From Azolla caroliniana (lineage: Eukaryota; Plantae; Polypodiophyta): a DNA stretch of 64,000 nucleotides. The stretch lies in the NCBI GenBank assembly GCA_043228905.1, contig JBHGNT010000008.1, positions 14,570,001 to 14,634,000 on the forward strand, given 5' to 3'. The position numbers were made by a program, and so were the translations under genes. Below the pieces are notes generated by a model. The model did not search any database. It was not told where the DNA came from and worked only from the letters and a program-made list of their open reading frames with translations. Below are positions 52,014 to 64,000 of this stretch, piece by piece; within the stretch, counting starts at the first letter, position 1, and each line of letters starts with the position of its first letter.

Positions 52014-55000
52014 TCTTGTAGTGTATTTCGTACACTACATGAAAAACGTATAAAATAACCGATCGAATAAATATGAAGAAAAAGAAAGAAATATCAAAAT
52101 ACATATTACATGCATATGGCAAGATTCAAACCTTGTACCTCCATGTTAATAATTTGAAGGCTTACCATTACACTAACACATCATGAGTGTTAAAAAAGTA
52201 GATATCCCACATAGAAAGATGATTTCACGCATATTTTCTAGGAAAAAAACTTTTGTAACAAGAAAAACGCATGATAGAAAAACTAGACATGCACATTTAC
52301 CGTGCATGAACACTATAGTCAATAAAAACGCATGAGGTTAGAAAAAGCATGTTAGAGAAAGCATATAGTCTATAGATAGAGAAAGCATGGAGTTGATAGT
52401 TAGAGAAAAAGCATGGATTGCTAAGACTCTCTCATCACTATATAAGGATGGGGAGCACAATGTAATAGGTGTATGAAATCTTTTGGATATTGGATATATT
52501 TCTAAAACAACCAGTTAATAATTTATACTCGTGGGATTCATGAGGTTTCTATATTCTTCTCTTTGAATTCAAATTCATATTCTTATCTTAATATTGATTA
52601 ATCTAATACAATATACTTATGGGATTCACAAGTTTTAATCTCTCTTTCTTATAATCGATTCATATTCATAACTAAACTCGTCTCAAATTCTTCCTCCTCC
52701 TAGTCCAAAACCCCGGCGGTTCCCACCCGACTCATGCAACGATCCGGTGCCAAAAAGCACGACACAGTTGGTGAACCCGACGTGAAGACTGGTGGCAAGC
52801 AGATGGAGAATCAACAAGAGGCAATGAAAACGATGATGATGATGTTCGAGCGGATGCTACAAGATTAACGAGCGATGTCAGAGATCACGGCGGCAGTAAA
52901 GCGGCTCGGACAACGAAACAGACAATTCAACGGAAAGGATGTGTCACGCTATCTACGTGACTACAAAGTGGAGATGATGCGATGTGGGATACCGGAAGGA
53001 TTGCAAGTGATATCCTTCAATCGGGTGACCACGGATGAGCTACAAGAGAGAATCTACGAGATACGGCAACAAAACCCGACATGGGGGTCCTTTGAAGAAG
53101 CTTTACAAGAGGCATATGACTATGAGAGACCGAAGTGATGAGATCGACACAAGTTTGACCAGTGGGTGGCATTGGCGAAGACCCACCAAAGCACAACACA
53201 AGCATTCGTTTTGCTCGACTCTCGAAGCGGGAACAAAGATTGGTGGGGAAGGATAAAGTCCTAATGTTTGTAAGATCGATCGATCGAAAAGAAAGGATGG
53301 ACATCGGGATCCAACTTAAAGACGATTCCAGTGAAAATTGTCTCACCGAGGATTGGGCGGAAGTCGAAAGAGTATGCCAAAGACATGATAAGAGGAAAAC
53401 GAGAATCTTGTTAGCAACAACATGGTCCATGAGGGATGTTCGACTAAGGATGAACGATGTGGCTGATACGAAGACCGAAGTACGATATGAAGGTAACACG
53501 GTAGAGGGTGTGGAACAAGCTGCCCTCTCATCTTGCGAAAGAATGATGACCAATGATAAGGCCGATGACTTGAGAGTGGCGAACACCACTTCAAGGGTGG
53601 AAGAAGGTTTCGGGACACGAGTGTCCCAAACAATGAGTGAAAAAGGGGTAAGCATAATCGAAGTTTGCACAATCGAGGAGGGCAAAGAGTGTGAAGACTA
53701 TAGAGTTCAAGAGATAGCTACGGATAACGACATTGAGGTGAACGTGGCTAAGGATGATTCGATGGAGGACAGTAATACCGAGGATTCCTTCCCACTAATT
53801 CTAGAGACTTCGACAGTTGCATCTGAGAGCCACGTGAGACTGAAGAGACGGAAGGTGGCAGAGAGGAAACAAAGGTTGAAGCCGATGCATGTGACGGAGA
53901 AATAGTCGAGAAGGTGGCTATGGATGAGTCACTGGCGGATGCCCGAGGCAAGACTCTCCCAACACTAATTCCACAGATTTCGGCAGTTGCGTTCAGAAAG
54001 CAACGTGAGACCGAAGAGACAGAAGGTGGCGGAGAGAAAACGACGGTCGAAGCCGATGCATATGATGGAGAGATAGCCGAGAAGGTGGCTATGGGTGAAA
54101 CGACGGAGGACGATAATACCGAGGATTCCTGCCCACTAATTCGAGAGACTTTGGTGGTTGTATCTGAGAACCAACATGAGATCGGAGAGACGGGAGATGG
54201 CGGCAAGGAAGGTAAAGTCGAAAGCCGATTTGGATGGAAGATGATCCGTCCGAAATTCCGATCTAAACGAAAGCCGAACCAAGAGGAAGTGGATTAGGTC
54301 GAAATTTGATCAGTCGAGCCCAACCCGGACCGAAATCGTTCCAGCCAGAAGTCGATCGGACGAGACCGATCCGGACAAAAGTTAATCTGGCTCAAACGGA
54401 GGTCGAACCGGTCAAGGCCGGTGAACACAAGGAAAAGGAAGCTAACCCAAACCAAAACCGATCGGTCGAACCTGAACCGGAAGGGGGCCGACTCAATCGA
54501 AACCGATCAACTGAGTCTGATTCGGCCGAACGCGAATACGGATGGAAAACAACCTAGCAGAAAGTCGATTAGATGAGACCAATATGGAAAGAAGCTAATC
54601 CGACTTAACCAGAGGTCGAAGCAATCGAGGCCGGTGAACACGAGGAAGATGCCAAGCAAGCACACTACCATGCACAACAAGAGCCAAGCGGATTTGAAAG
54701 GTGTTACCGATGATGAGAGCTCAACAAAGAGGGAGGGCTCTAATATGAAGATTGTCAACTCTAATGCGAGATTGTACGATGAAGGTGGACGAACTACGGA
54801 GTGTCTTGACCAAGGAGACGGCCGGAATGAAGGTAGCACATGCACGAGACATGAAGGGTTAAGCTCAAAAAGAGCACAAGGAGCCATGAGAACCGGTCAT
54901 GGCAATGCAAAGAGTGAATGAAGAATATGGTGGATCAGATGGCTACAATGGATCGGGTGGAAAGAATGGATGTGCTCAAAATGAAGAGACAAAGTTGACA

Positions 55001-55700
55001 TAGCGGGACAAACGGAGGATATTACGGATGGAGAATAATGAGCTCTGAAAATTTCGACACATACTGGAGGATGTGCAGGTTCGGAGGGGGTGAGTGTCGT
55101 AGTGTATTTCGTACACTACATGAAAAACGTATAAAATAACCGATTGAATAAATATGAAGAAAAAGAAAGAAATATCAAAATACATATTACATGCATATGG
55201 CAAGATTCAAACCTTGTACCTCCATGTTAATAATTTGAAGGCTTACCATTACACTAACACATCATGAGTGTTAAAAAAGTAGATATCCCACATAGAAAGA
55301 TGATTTCACGCATATTTTCTAGGAAAAAAACTTTAGTTACAAGAAAAACGCATGATAGAAAAAAACCTACACATGTACATTTAGCGTGCATGAACACTAT
55401 AGTCGATAAAAACGCATGAGGTTAGAAAAAGCATGTTAGAGAAAGCATATAGTCTATAGATAGAGAAAGCATGGAGTTTATAGTTAGAGAAAAAGCATGG
55501 ATTGCTAAGACTCTCTCATCACTATATAAGGATGGGGAGCACAATGTAATAGGTGTGTGAAATCTTTTGGAAATTGGATATATCTCTAAAACACTAGTTA
55601 ATAATTTATACTCGTGGGATTCACGAAGCTTCTATATTCTATTATTTGAATTCAAATTCATATTCTTATCTTAATATTGATTAATCTAATACAAATTCAT
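52014..55700 (+). mobile_element. Non-autonomous gag-only LTR element, tRNA-Trp primed (same family as 47402-50284)
   Basis: 5' LTR 52014-52764, PBS TGGTGAACCCGACGTGAA 52769-52786, gag-like from ~52803, PPT GGAGGGGGTGAG, 3' LTR from 55095 (truncated at ~55700), near-identical to the 5' LTR. Confidence 0.85.
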
Positions 55701-55989
55701 ATTCTTGCGCACTTCCGCCACCTTTGACATATACGCGTAATGATGTGTCATATATTCATTATACTCGTATCTTTTTATGGGGTTCTTCAGGCAGGTAGAT
55801 CAGCGTAATTCTTGATTAGCCGATTTCGCGGCCTTCCAGGCCAACTCCGATCTCTTTCACGGAGGTTCCTATTCGATCGACTCGAAGTCAAATTCATTAC
55901 GGTCTGACTCGACAGGGCCGATATCGTACTCCAACATCTTCTTCTTTCCCTTTTCTTTGCGCATGAACCATCTCCACAGTTGCTTGCGC

Positions 55990-56866
55990 GGTTGTAGTGT
56001 AATTCACACACTACATGAGAAATTACATTTTTGGTCTCTCCGGATAGGACATGGAGTACCCGGTGAGAATCGGAAAGAGGAACTGGTATGGACCGAAACC
56101 AGTAAGGAGACCCGGTAAGAGCCAGATGAAGAAGGCCAGTGAGAGTTGGTGAGAAACGGACGAAGAGGACCGGTAAGGAGGACCTGGTAAGAACCGGATA
56201 AAGAAAATCGGCGAGAACCGGATGAAGCAGAACCGGCAAGAGCCGGATGAAGAAGGCCGGTGAGAGTCTCTCACCGGATGAAGATACATATTTGTAAATA
56301 GAAGAAAGTGTAAATATATATATATTGCATGCATAGGGCAAGATTCGAACCTTGCACCTCCATGTTAATAATGTTAAGCCTTATCACTATACTAGCATAT
56401 TATGAATTTTAAAGTTATACTAAACTTTACCGCATGTAAATATTCTAGATATGCATGGTACAAAAAGTTACTCATACATACACACTCGAGTTAAAAGAAA
56501 AGATGGGATAGAAAGCTAATCATGCACATGTAGTGTGCATGAAAACTAAAGTTAGAAAAAGCATGTTAGATAAAGCATATAGTCTATAGTTAGAGAAAAA
56601 GCATGGATTGTGAAGACTCTCTCATCAATATATAAGGATGAGGAGCACAATGTAATGTGTGTGGAATATTTGGAAATTGGATATATTTTTAAAAGACACC
56701 AATTAATATAATATATTCGTGGGATTCACGATATTCATAACTTACCTATCTTTCTAATAATCTATCCATAACTATAAACTTGTCTCAAATTCTTCCTCCT
56801 CCTAGTCCAAAACCTCAGTGGTTCCCACCCGATTCACACAACGATCCGGAGCCAAAAGGCACGACA
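55990..56866 (+). mobile_element. Solo LTR of the Trp-primed family with 4-bp TSD GCGC
   Basis: GTTGTAGTGT...GGCACGACA, flanked by GCGC at 55986-55989 and 56867-56870. Confidence 0.85.
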
Positions 56867-59789
56867 GCGCGGGGATTGCATGGCAGAGTTTTGACTACTC
56901 GCTGGTTCTTCCCTCGATTGTCCATCTTGGCTTAGCCCCTCATTTGGCCCACTTAATCAAAATGAGATTGGACTCTCTCTCATAGCTCTGATTTCTGCAT
57001 TACGTTGAGGCTTCTCGGCGTCACTAGCTTCATCTTCAGAATTCGGAATGGAGTGGGCAAGAGTAGGGGGGAAAGGCAAGTACCACGAAGCCGACTGATC
57101 GAACACAACATCGCAAGAGAATTCACACCGAATTCCTTCCTTCTGCAAATAATTTGAGAGCTGGTCAGAGAAGTACTCCTTCCTGCCATCGAACCTTAGG
57201 CACTTGATCTTTCGTACAGTTTCCCTTTTTGTAAGGCTCTTTCTTCGCGATCAAGCACGTCCAAGTGTGCCGAGAGAAGTCATCGATGAAAGTCACGAAA
57301 TATCGGCTTCCACCAAGACTCACGTTCTGTGCCTGTACCCATACATCCGAATGGATCACGTTGAGCAGATTTCGACTCCGGTTACACTCATTGGGGAATA
57401 GAAGTTAGTGATGCTTTCCCAACTAGCAGGCTTCGCAGACTTGGCCCTTTCGGCTACTAAATTTCGGCAAGCCAAAAATGATGTTTTTCGTCTGCATTTC
57501 TCGAAGCCTCGGGAAATTGGCGTGGCTGAACCGCTTATGCCATAGGTCAATATTTGATTCAAGCTTTTGCCCTTTTGCGAACATAGCAGTTCCTACGTCG
57601 TAGGTCTCGAGGATAAACATCCTCCCTTCACGGCTCCCTTGCGTGATTATCTTGCCTTCCTCTTTTATGAAGCACTTGAGATGAGTAAATCATACTTGCA
57701 TGCCTTGATCGACTATCTATCCGACTGACACTAGATTCTTGGTGATTGTCGGAACATGCAAGACATTCGTCATGATTCCCTTCTGGCCGACATGACTAAG
57801 AGAGACATCTCCGATGTGTTCAATGGGGTGAGGGGTGTCATCGCCAGTTTCGAAGACCCCCGGTTGCTCCGGCTTCTCCAGAGTCAAGAACCACTCCTTG
57901 TGATTCGTCATGTGGTTCGACGCTCCCGAATCCACATACCATACCTCATTCGTCCTCAAGGTATTCACCGCCATTGAATTTTCTTTGTGCTTCATTACGA
58001 AGGCAGGGCCCGTTCCGGCTCGCCCTAAGCTTTCTGTGAAGTGTGATCTTTGACCCCTATTTGCTTCTCCCCAGCTCGATCCGGCTTTGTTCGAATCGGC
58101 TCATTTTCTCCAACACTCGCTCCCTCTGTGGCCCTTCTTAGCACAGTACCAGCACTCCATTGTGACCTTCCCTTGCCGAGTCCCGGTGCCGCTATGACTC
58201 CCCCTGATTGTGGAGTGTTTAGAATTGCTTCTGGCATTTTGATTATGCCACTCGTTTTGCTCTTGTTGGCCACCTCCATTGCGCACCGGCCCGCCTCATC
58301 CAACACGACTACGGGGCCTCTCTGCCTTCGTGTATAACTTCTTGTTATCAGCATGCATACTCATCGATGCACCCATGTGGTTTTCCTCTACGAGCAACAT
58401 CGATTGAAGCTCGAAAAACGATGACGTATTCTTCCCTATAAAGACAACAGTTCGGAATGCTCCAAACCTCGACATTATTCCTTCGAGGCAGACTTGCACC
58501 ATTTCGTCCTCCTCGACATTTAAATCAATGCAGGTGAGGGAGTTGCAAATGTCCTTGATCTTGGAGGTGTAATCAAGCACCGACATATCTGGTTGTCGAA
58601 CATTGCTCAACTCTTGCCTAAGTTGGAGCTTCCTGGCTATGGGGCTCGCAGCGAAAATCTTTTTTAGATTTCACCAAGCATCCTTCGGCGTCCTCGCATC
58701 CCGAATATAGCTCAGAAGTTGATTACTCACACAGGACGCAAAGCAGTAAAGAACTCTGATTGCCGCCTATTCCCAGGCTGAGAAATCTCTGTGTCAATTC
58801 GGGTGCTATATCATTAGCTCCGTCGACATAACTCCAATAGCCATGCCCGAGCAAGTACTAGTGCATCTTGTACGACCAAGATGCATAGTTGCTTCTATTG
58901 AGCTTCTCCGTCGGAAGCGAGCTATCCATTCTTGTTTCTCTTCAGTTCTTCACGGTGATTAGGGTTTATTTATTTGTCGGTAGCTGAGGATTTCAACCCT
59001 CGCGCTCTAATACCATGTAAAAGAATACATGCACAGAAGTGTAAAACACACAATCGGGTAACACAGACGAACACAGAAGAATGACAAGAAGGTTTAATGG
59101 AAAGCTTGATTAACACATCATACACGGGAGAGACAGACAAAGAGAGAGAGAGAGAGCAAGAACAGAAAGGAACTCAGATTTAATAATACTCTAAAAACTT
59201 TGTTAGTACTCTGTACATAGGATGCGCTCAGAGGGCTCTTTTAGACAAGTCCATACAGACTGACATAAGTACTGACTCGTACTTCAATGCTCATCAATGA
59301 ACCCCTACACTAACTCCCAAAATATATTCCTTCACGGAATATCTATCCAACGACCTTTTAGTTTACACACCGGTACGGCCTCTCGTTGTGCACCCGGTTT
59401 ACGCACCCAGTCTACACACCGGTTTACGCACCCAATGTTAAGCTTGTATCTCAACAACGAGGATCTAAGGTTTATTTCTCTTCTTTCTAAGTTTCCAAAG
59501 TTATTCATAGATAACTATTAACAGACAAGAGGAGGCATCAAGCACCACATTAAGTTGAAGGAAAGTGTACCAATTTCTCTTCCTCTTCTCTTCTCTATAT
59601 TTTTTCTATATCTCTCCATTAAAGAACAATAAAGAAAAAAGCACTTGAGGAATACAATGCAATCGCTAATGATCTTTGATCCTGCACAGAGGCAGAATTT
59701 GTACAAAACCTTACACGCCAATTTGATGTCTTTTTAATAATACTCATCAAACTAATAATACGTTGCCAATTTGATACCTTGTAATGTAG

Positions 59790-61050
59790 GGCTTAGACGG
59801 TGCAAGTGGACAAAGAAGATGGGAACATCTCAACTGCCAATGGGCATAAGACACATTCTAACTTGGAAGCATACCCGCTAAGTAGAGGCAAAATCGCAGT
59901 GAGAACCAAAGTTGGGCCCGATCTTATATGTACAAATTCCATCTGAGTTAGAGGAGTATTATGAAGATGTCGGCTACATTCAAATTATGTATGGGGAAGT
60001 CATCAGATCTTCATCCATGATGAATGGAAAGACATTCACCAAGTATTTTGGTTTAGTGCTCTAGCGATCAACATTCAAAGGCTATTCTCATGTTGTAATA
60101 TTATGACGTAAAATAGATTCCAACTTTTTTGTAGAAGGTTGAATTTATTCGTTTATATCGAGGAAGGCGAATTGTGATCAATGTGCACCCACGGAGAGAT
60201 GGCATCGACATGGTCCATGAATACCTTCCATATGTCTATGGAATATGTTAAAAATAACATGCCCAATACATTAAAAATAGGAAGTGCATTGTTGGAAGTT
60301 GATTGGTCTTTGATGGTGCAAGATGCCTATGCACCCCGAGATATAGGCAAAGTAGTACATGTTCAACCATACTAGCCCGGTCCAAATGGATCTCAAACTC
60401 GACAACCATTTATCTTGATACTTCAAGATAAATGGATGTTGGAAATGTGTCAGCGATTGTCGCAAAATAACTCTTGGGCAATCGACTCCACAATTAAAAC
60501 TAATCAATTTGGGTCCCCATTATTTGTAGTTGTTGCACCAAACACCATGGGAATAGGGATCCTAGTATGGTATATTATTTGTAGTTCTGAAAAGGGCTCA
60601 AATCATGAGCAAGTGGCATTAGAAACTTGCTTGAAAGTCATATCTGCTAGGATGCCTAGGGTAAGGCCAAATACGATAGTCATTGATAAATCTTGGACAT
60701 AATGTCATATCTAATGTAACTGCTCAAGTCCATGAATCTTGGATTGTTGCTAACGATGAATGTTCACAAACACGTTGTCAACTTTTATTGTGTCAGTACC
60801 ATGCTAAAAATCAAAGTGAATGTTGCGGAAAGAAACCCCTCTATTAAAAGATTTGGGAACTCATGCATTGCATTAGCAAATCATCCTTCAATGCTATGTG
60901 TGAAGAGGTAAGGCAAGAATACTCAAACAAACCAGGAGTTTGGCAATATATCGAAGGTAGATAGTGTGGACAAACTTGTGTTTGGAAGAGTCTATGACAC
61001 AAGTTTGGTAGACTATTCAATTATGGACAAGTTGACACCACCAATCTTGT
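59790..61050 (+). pseudogene. Mutator-like (MULE) transposase remnant
   Basis: WAIDSTIKTNQFGSPLFVVV, RPNTIVIDKS, LLCQYHAK and DTTNLV(E) match the MULE DDE signatures (D-x-T-x-x-TN, D, CxxH, TN-x-x-E); stops and frameshifts. Confidence 0.75.
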
Positions 61051-64000
61051 GGAGAGGAAGAATAAACCGGTCTATTATTGATCTTGTGCATGTCATAATC
61101 GGGGATAGTGTCTCTGGCACAAGCATCAGCGGGACCGTAGTAGAATGATACAAGCAACAACAAGAGATATGTGAGAGTGGTAGATTCAAACCCCGTGAAA
61201 ATTGTGTTAAGAAACAAGTCCCTCCAGATGGGAAGTGAGAAGAACAGTGTTGATGAAAAGTACCCGACTATGGAAGACCCGGTGAGAACTGGATGTGGTG
61301 TACCCGGCAAGCGCCGGATGACAAGTACCCGGCTACGGAAGACCCGGTGAGAACTGGACGTGGTGGACCCGGCAAGCGCCGGATGACAAGTACCCGGCTA
61401 CGAAAGACCCGGTGAGAACCGGATGTGGTGTACTCGGCAAGCGCCGGATGACGAGTACCCGACTACGGAGGACCCGGTGAGAACCGGATGAGGAGTACCC
61501 GGCAAGAGCCGAATGGTGAAGGCCCGGTGAGAAGTGCTCACCGAATAAAGGGACATATTCGTAAATATGTTTCTAAGAGTCCATTGAGGCTATATTTGTA
61601 AATAGCCGAAAATTCATATTAGTATAAATATGACTTAGGGCAAACTTTGTATAAAATGTTGTCATTCTTGTTGGTGCAAGACTAGAGAGCGCAACAGTGT
61701 ACAGAGAGAGTGAGAGAGAGGAAGAGGTCGTTGCCTCTGTTGTAACCGCCGCCTATGGCGAAGATAGCAAGCTCGAGGTCGTTGCCTCGGTGCTTCACTA
61801 TTGTACATTGTGATATTGATAGTTTGCAGTCTGTGGGTTGCCACGGTTTTTTTCCCTAGTTTGGGTTTTCCACGTTAACATCCTATGTTCTCTTCTCTCC
61901 TTTGTGTCGTGCATTCATTCACCGTTTTTCTGTGTATGATTCTAAACTCGGTTGTGGCCGAACATTGCACATACGAAGCGTGTAGTTCCTGTCAAAGTGG
62001 TATCAGAGCGAAACGACACAAAAAATGGACGATTCGTTGGGAGGTATGTTCAAGCTCACGGGCTCCAACTATTCAGTGTGGAAGTCGAAGATGAGGGACA
62101 TGCTCGTGGTTAAAGATCTTTGGTTTCCGGTTCAGTTCAGGACAAGAGACCGGACACGATCGACGCCGCGATATGGGAGGTGATGCACATGAAGACAACG
62201 GCGTACATCCGGTGCTTCATCAACATGAGCCTATACAACAACTTCAATGAAGAGAGCAAGGCTCATGAGCTCTGGGAGAAGATTGGCATTATGTTTCAGA
62301 ACAAAAATGTTGTGAACCAGGTTTCGATATTCCGAAAGCTAGTAAGACTACGGTACCAAGATGGCTCCAGCATGGCGGAGCACATGAATGCCTTCCAGGG
62401 GCTGATACACCAGGCAGGCAACATCATTGGAAGTACCTCTCGCCGATGAGGTACTAGCACTACTCCTGCTCAGTTCCCTCCCGAATAGCTGGGAGATGTT
62501 GGTTGTCACTTTGGGCAACGCCGGGCCGGAAGGAAAACGGTTATCCCTAGCAAGAGTGAAGTCGAGCTTGCTAGATGAGGAGGCGCGTCGGAAAGACAAG
62601 GATACGAGCTCAGACTTCAAAGCGCTCCTTACTGAATCGGAACGCGGAAGACAAAGGAACCGTAGCCCCCAGAACCGGGAAAAGTCGGGGACACGGTCAA
62701 AGTCAAGGGGGAGGCCTACTTGCTTCTATTGCGGCAAGCCGGGACACTTCCAGAAGAACTGTCGGCACTTCCGAAAAGACAAGGAAACCGATGGTACTGA
62801 TTCGAAGCGGACCCCGGACCGGAACGGTAAAGACTGGAGGGGAACGGATCGGAAGGGAACGACGGCAATCGCGGCAAGTGAAGAAGAGTTGATGCTCATC
62901 ACCGAGGAGAGTCAGCTAAACCTTGCCGGCGACGAGATGACCTGGGTGGTCGACTCTGGAGTGTCGTTCCACCTTACCCTGGACCGGAAATGCTTCTCAT
63001 CCTACTCAGCCGGTGATCATGGCTGTGTCCGGATGAGGAATGAAGGTACATGCCGAATTGTCGGCATAGGAGACGTGTTGTTGACAACACCAACCGGATG
63101 CAAGCTGCTGCTGAAGGATGTCTGACACGTTCCGGAGGTTCGTTTGAACCTAATATCAGCCGGTCGGCTAGATGATGAAGGCTACACGGGTAGCATCCGG
63201 AACAGGGTTATGAAGTTCAGCAAAGGGAGCCTGATTGTGGCTCGGGCCCGGAAGGTCAACACGATGTACCTGATGAATGCCCGATTATGCCCGGAGGAAG
63301 TGAACGCGGCATCCGACACTGCCGGTGAGTTGTGGCACAAGAGGTTGTGTCACATGAGCGAGAAGGAGATAAAGAGGCTTGCAGACGACAACCTCATTCA
63401 AGTGAAGAACGTGCACTTGGAGAAGTGCACTGATTGTCTGGCCGGTAAACAAAACCGGACCTCCTTCCGATCGAGGCCACCGATGAGACGTAATGCACCA
63501 CTGGAGTTGGTGCATACTGATGTGTGTCAAGTGGACACGAAGACACATGCAGGATCGCAGTACTTCGTGACGTTCATAGATGACCACAACCGGAAGTTGT
63601 GGGCCACACCGTTGAAGACGAAGGATCAGGTGTTATCCATCTTCAAAGTGCTCCACGTGAGAGTGCAAAGAGAAACCGGCCGGAAGCTGAAGGCGGTTCA
63701 AGCAGATAACGGGGGAGAATACCAGGGGCAGTTCGAGGAGTACTGCCGCTCGAATGGAATCCGGCTCGAATTTACCGTGCCGAAGACGCCGAAACTAAAC
63801 GAGTTGGCCGAGAGGATGAACCAGACCATAATGGAGAGGGACCGGAGTATGCTGGCACATGCAAAATTACCCAAGACGTTTTGGGCTGAGGCACTGTCAA
63901 CAACGACATATGTGATAAACAGATCACCCTCAGTGCCCTTGGATGGAGACACGCCGCAGAGAGTATGGACCGGTAAGGAAGTGTCCTACCGGCATCTGAA
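61050..64000 (+). mobile_element. Ty1/copia element (Tnt1/Tork-like), 5' LTR and 5' half of gag-pol, running off the window
   Basis: LTR ends ...CCTGTCA at 61994, PBS TGGTATCAGAGC at 61998, ATG 62025 (MFKLTGSNYSVWK), CFYCGKPGHFQKNC, WVVDSG, LWHKRLCH, HTDVC, DNGGEY. The LTR start is approximate. Confidence 0.9.
61260..61545. repeat. 65-bp tandem repeat (about 4 copies) in the copia LTR U3
   Basis: TACCCG.CTA.GGAAGACCCGGTGAGAAC recurs at 61261, 61326, 61391 and 61456. Confidence 0.9.

Larger units (their letters stand above)
50285..59456 (-). mobile_element. Ty1/copia element (minus strand), degenerate, with internal deletions and two nested insertions
   Basis: 5' LTR 59016-59456, PBS reverse complement GCTCTAATACCA 59004-59015, partial 3' LTR 50285-50640. 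gag/PR/INT fragments at 56870-58930 and RT/RH at 51170-52010. Confidence 0.88.

Noticed and set aside
44110-52786. tRNA-Trp genes at the three TTCACGTCGGGTTCACCA matches
   Set aside because: Only the 3' ~18 nt including CCA are present, each adjacent to an LTR, so they are primer-binding sites.

Overview
This is a eukaryotic, almost certainly land-plant, heterochromatic window. The TE lineages suggest a fern or other non-seed plant (inference). It consists almost entirely of nested, decayed transposable elements and contains no intact host gene. An RTEX/RTE-like LINE (minus, ~2.1-30.6 kb) is split by a solo LTR and by a 25.3-kb insertion, a Tcn1-like self-priming chromovirus (4793-30113). That chromovirus in turn hosts a Ty1/copia element, a second chromovirus and a 7.8-kb cut-and-paste DNA transposon (11011-18777; 33-bp perfect TIRs, 4-bp TSD CTTT). 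The DNA transposon is the standout. It carries two divergent genes. One is a Sola1-like DDD transposase with a C-terminal BAH/SH3-like module. The other is a spliced (4-5 GT-AG introns) ~960-aa gene fusing a ParB/Srx-like domain to a bacterial-type beta-class amino (6mA/4mC) DNA methyltransferase. An array of four 41-bp palindromes lies between the two genes. The right half of the window holds further copia elements, tRNA-Trp-primed gag-only LTR elements and solo LTRs with 4-bp TSDs, and a MULE transposase remnant. An intronless glycine-rich RNA-binding protein retrocopy lies near 1.4-1.9 kb. All family assignments come from motif recognition by eye; no database searches were run.
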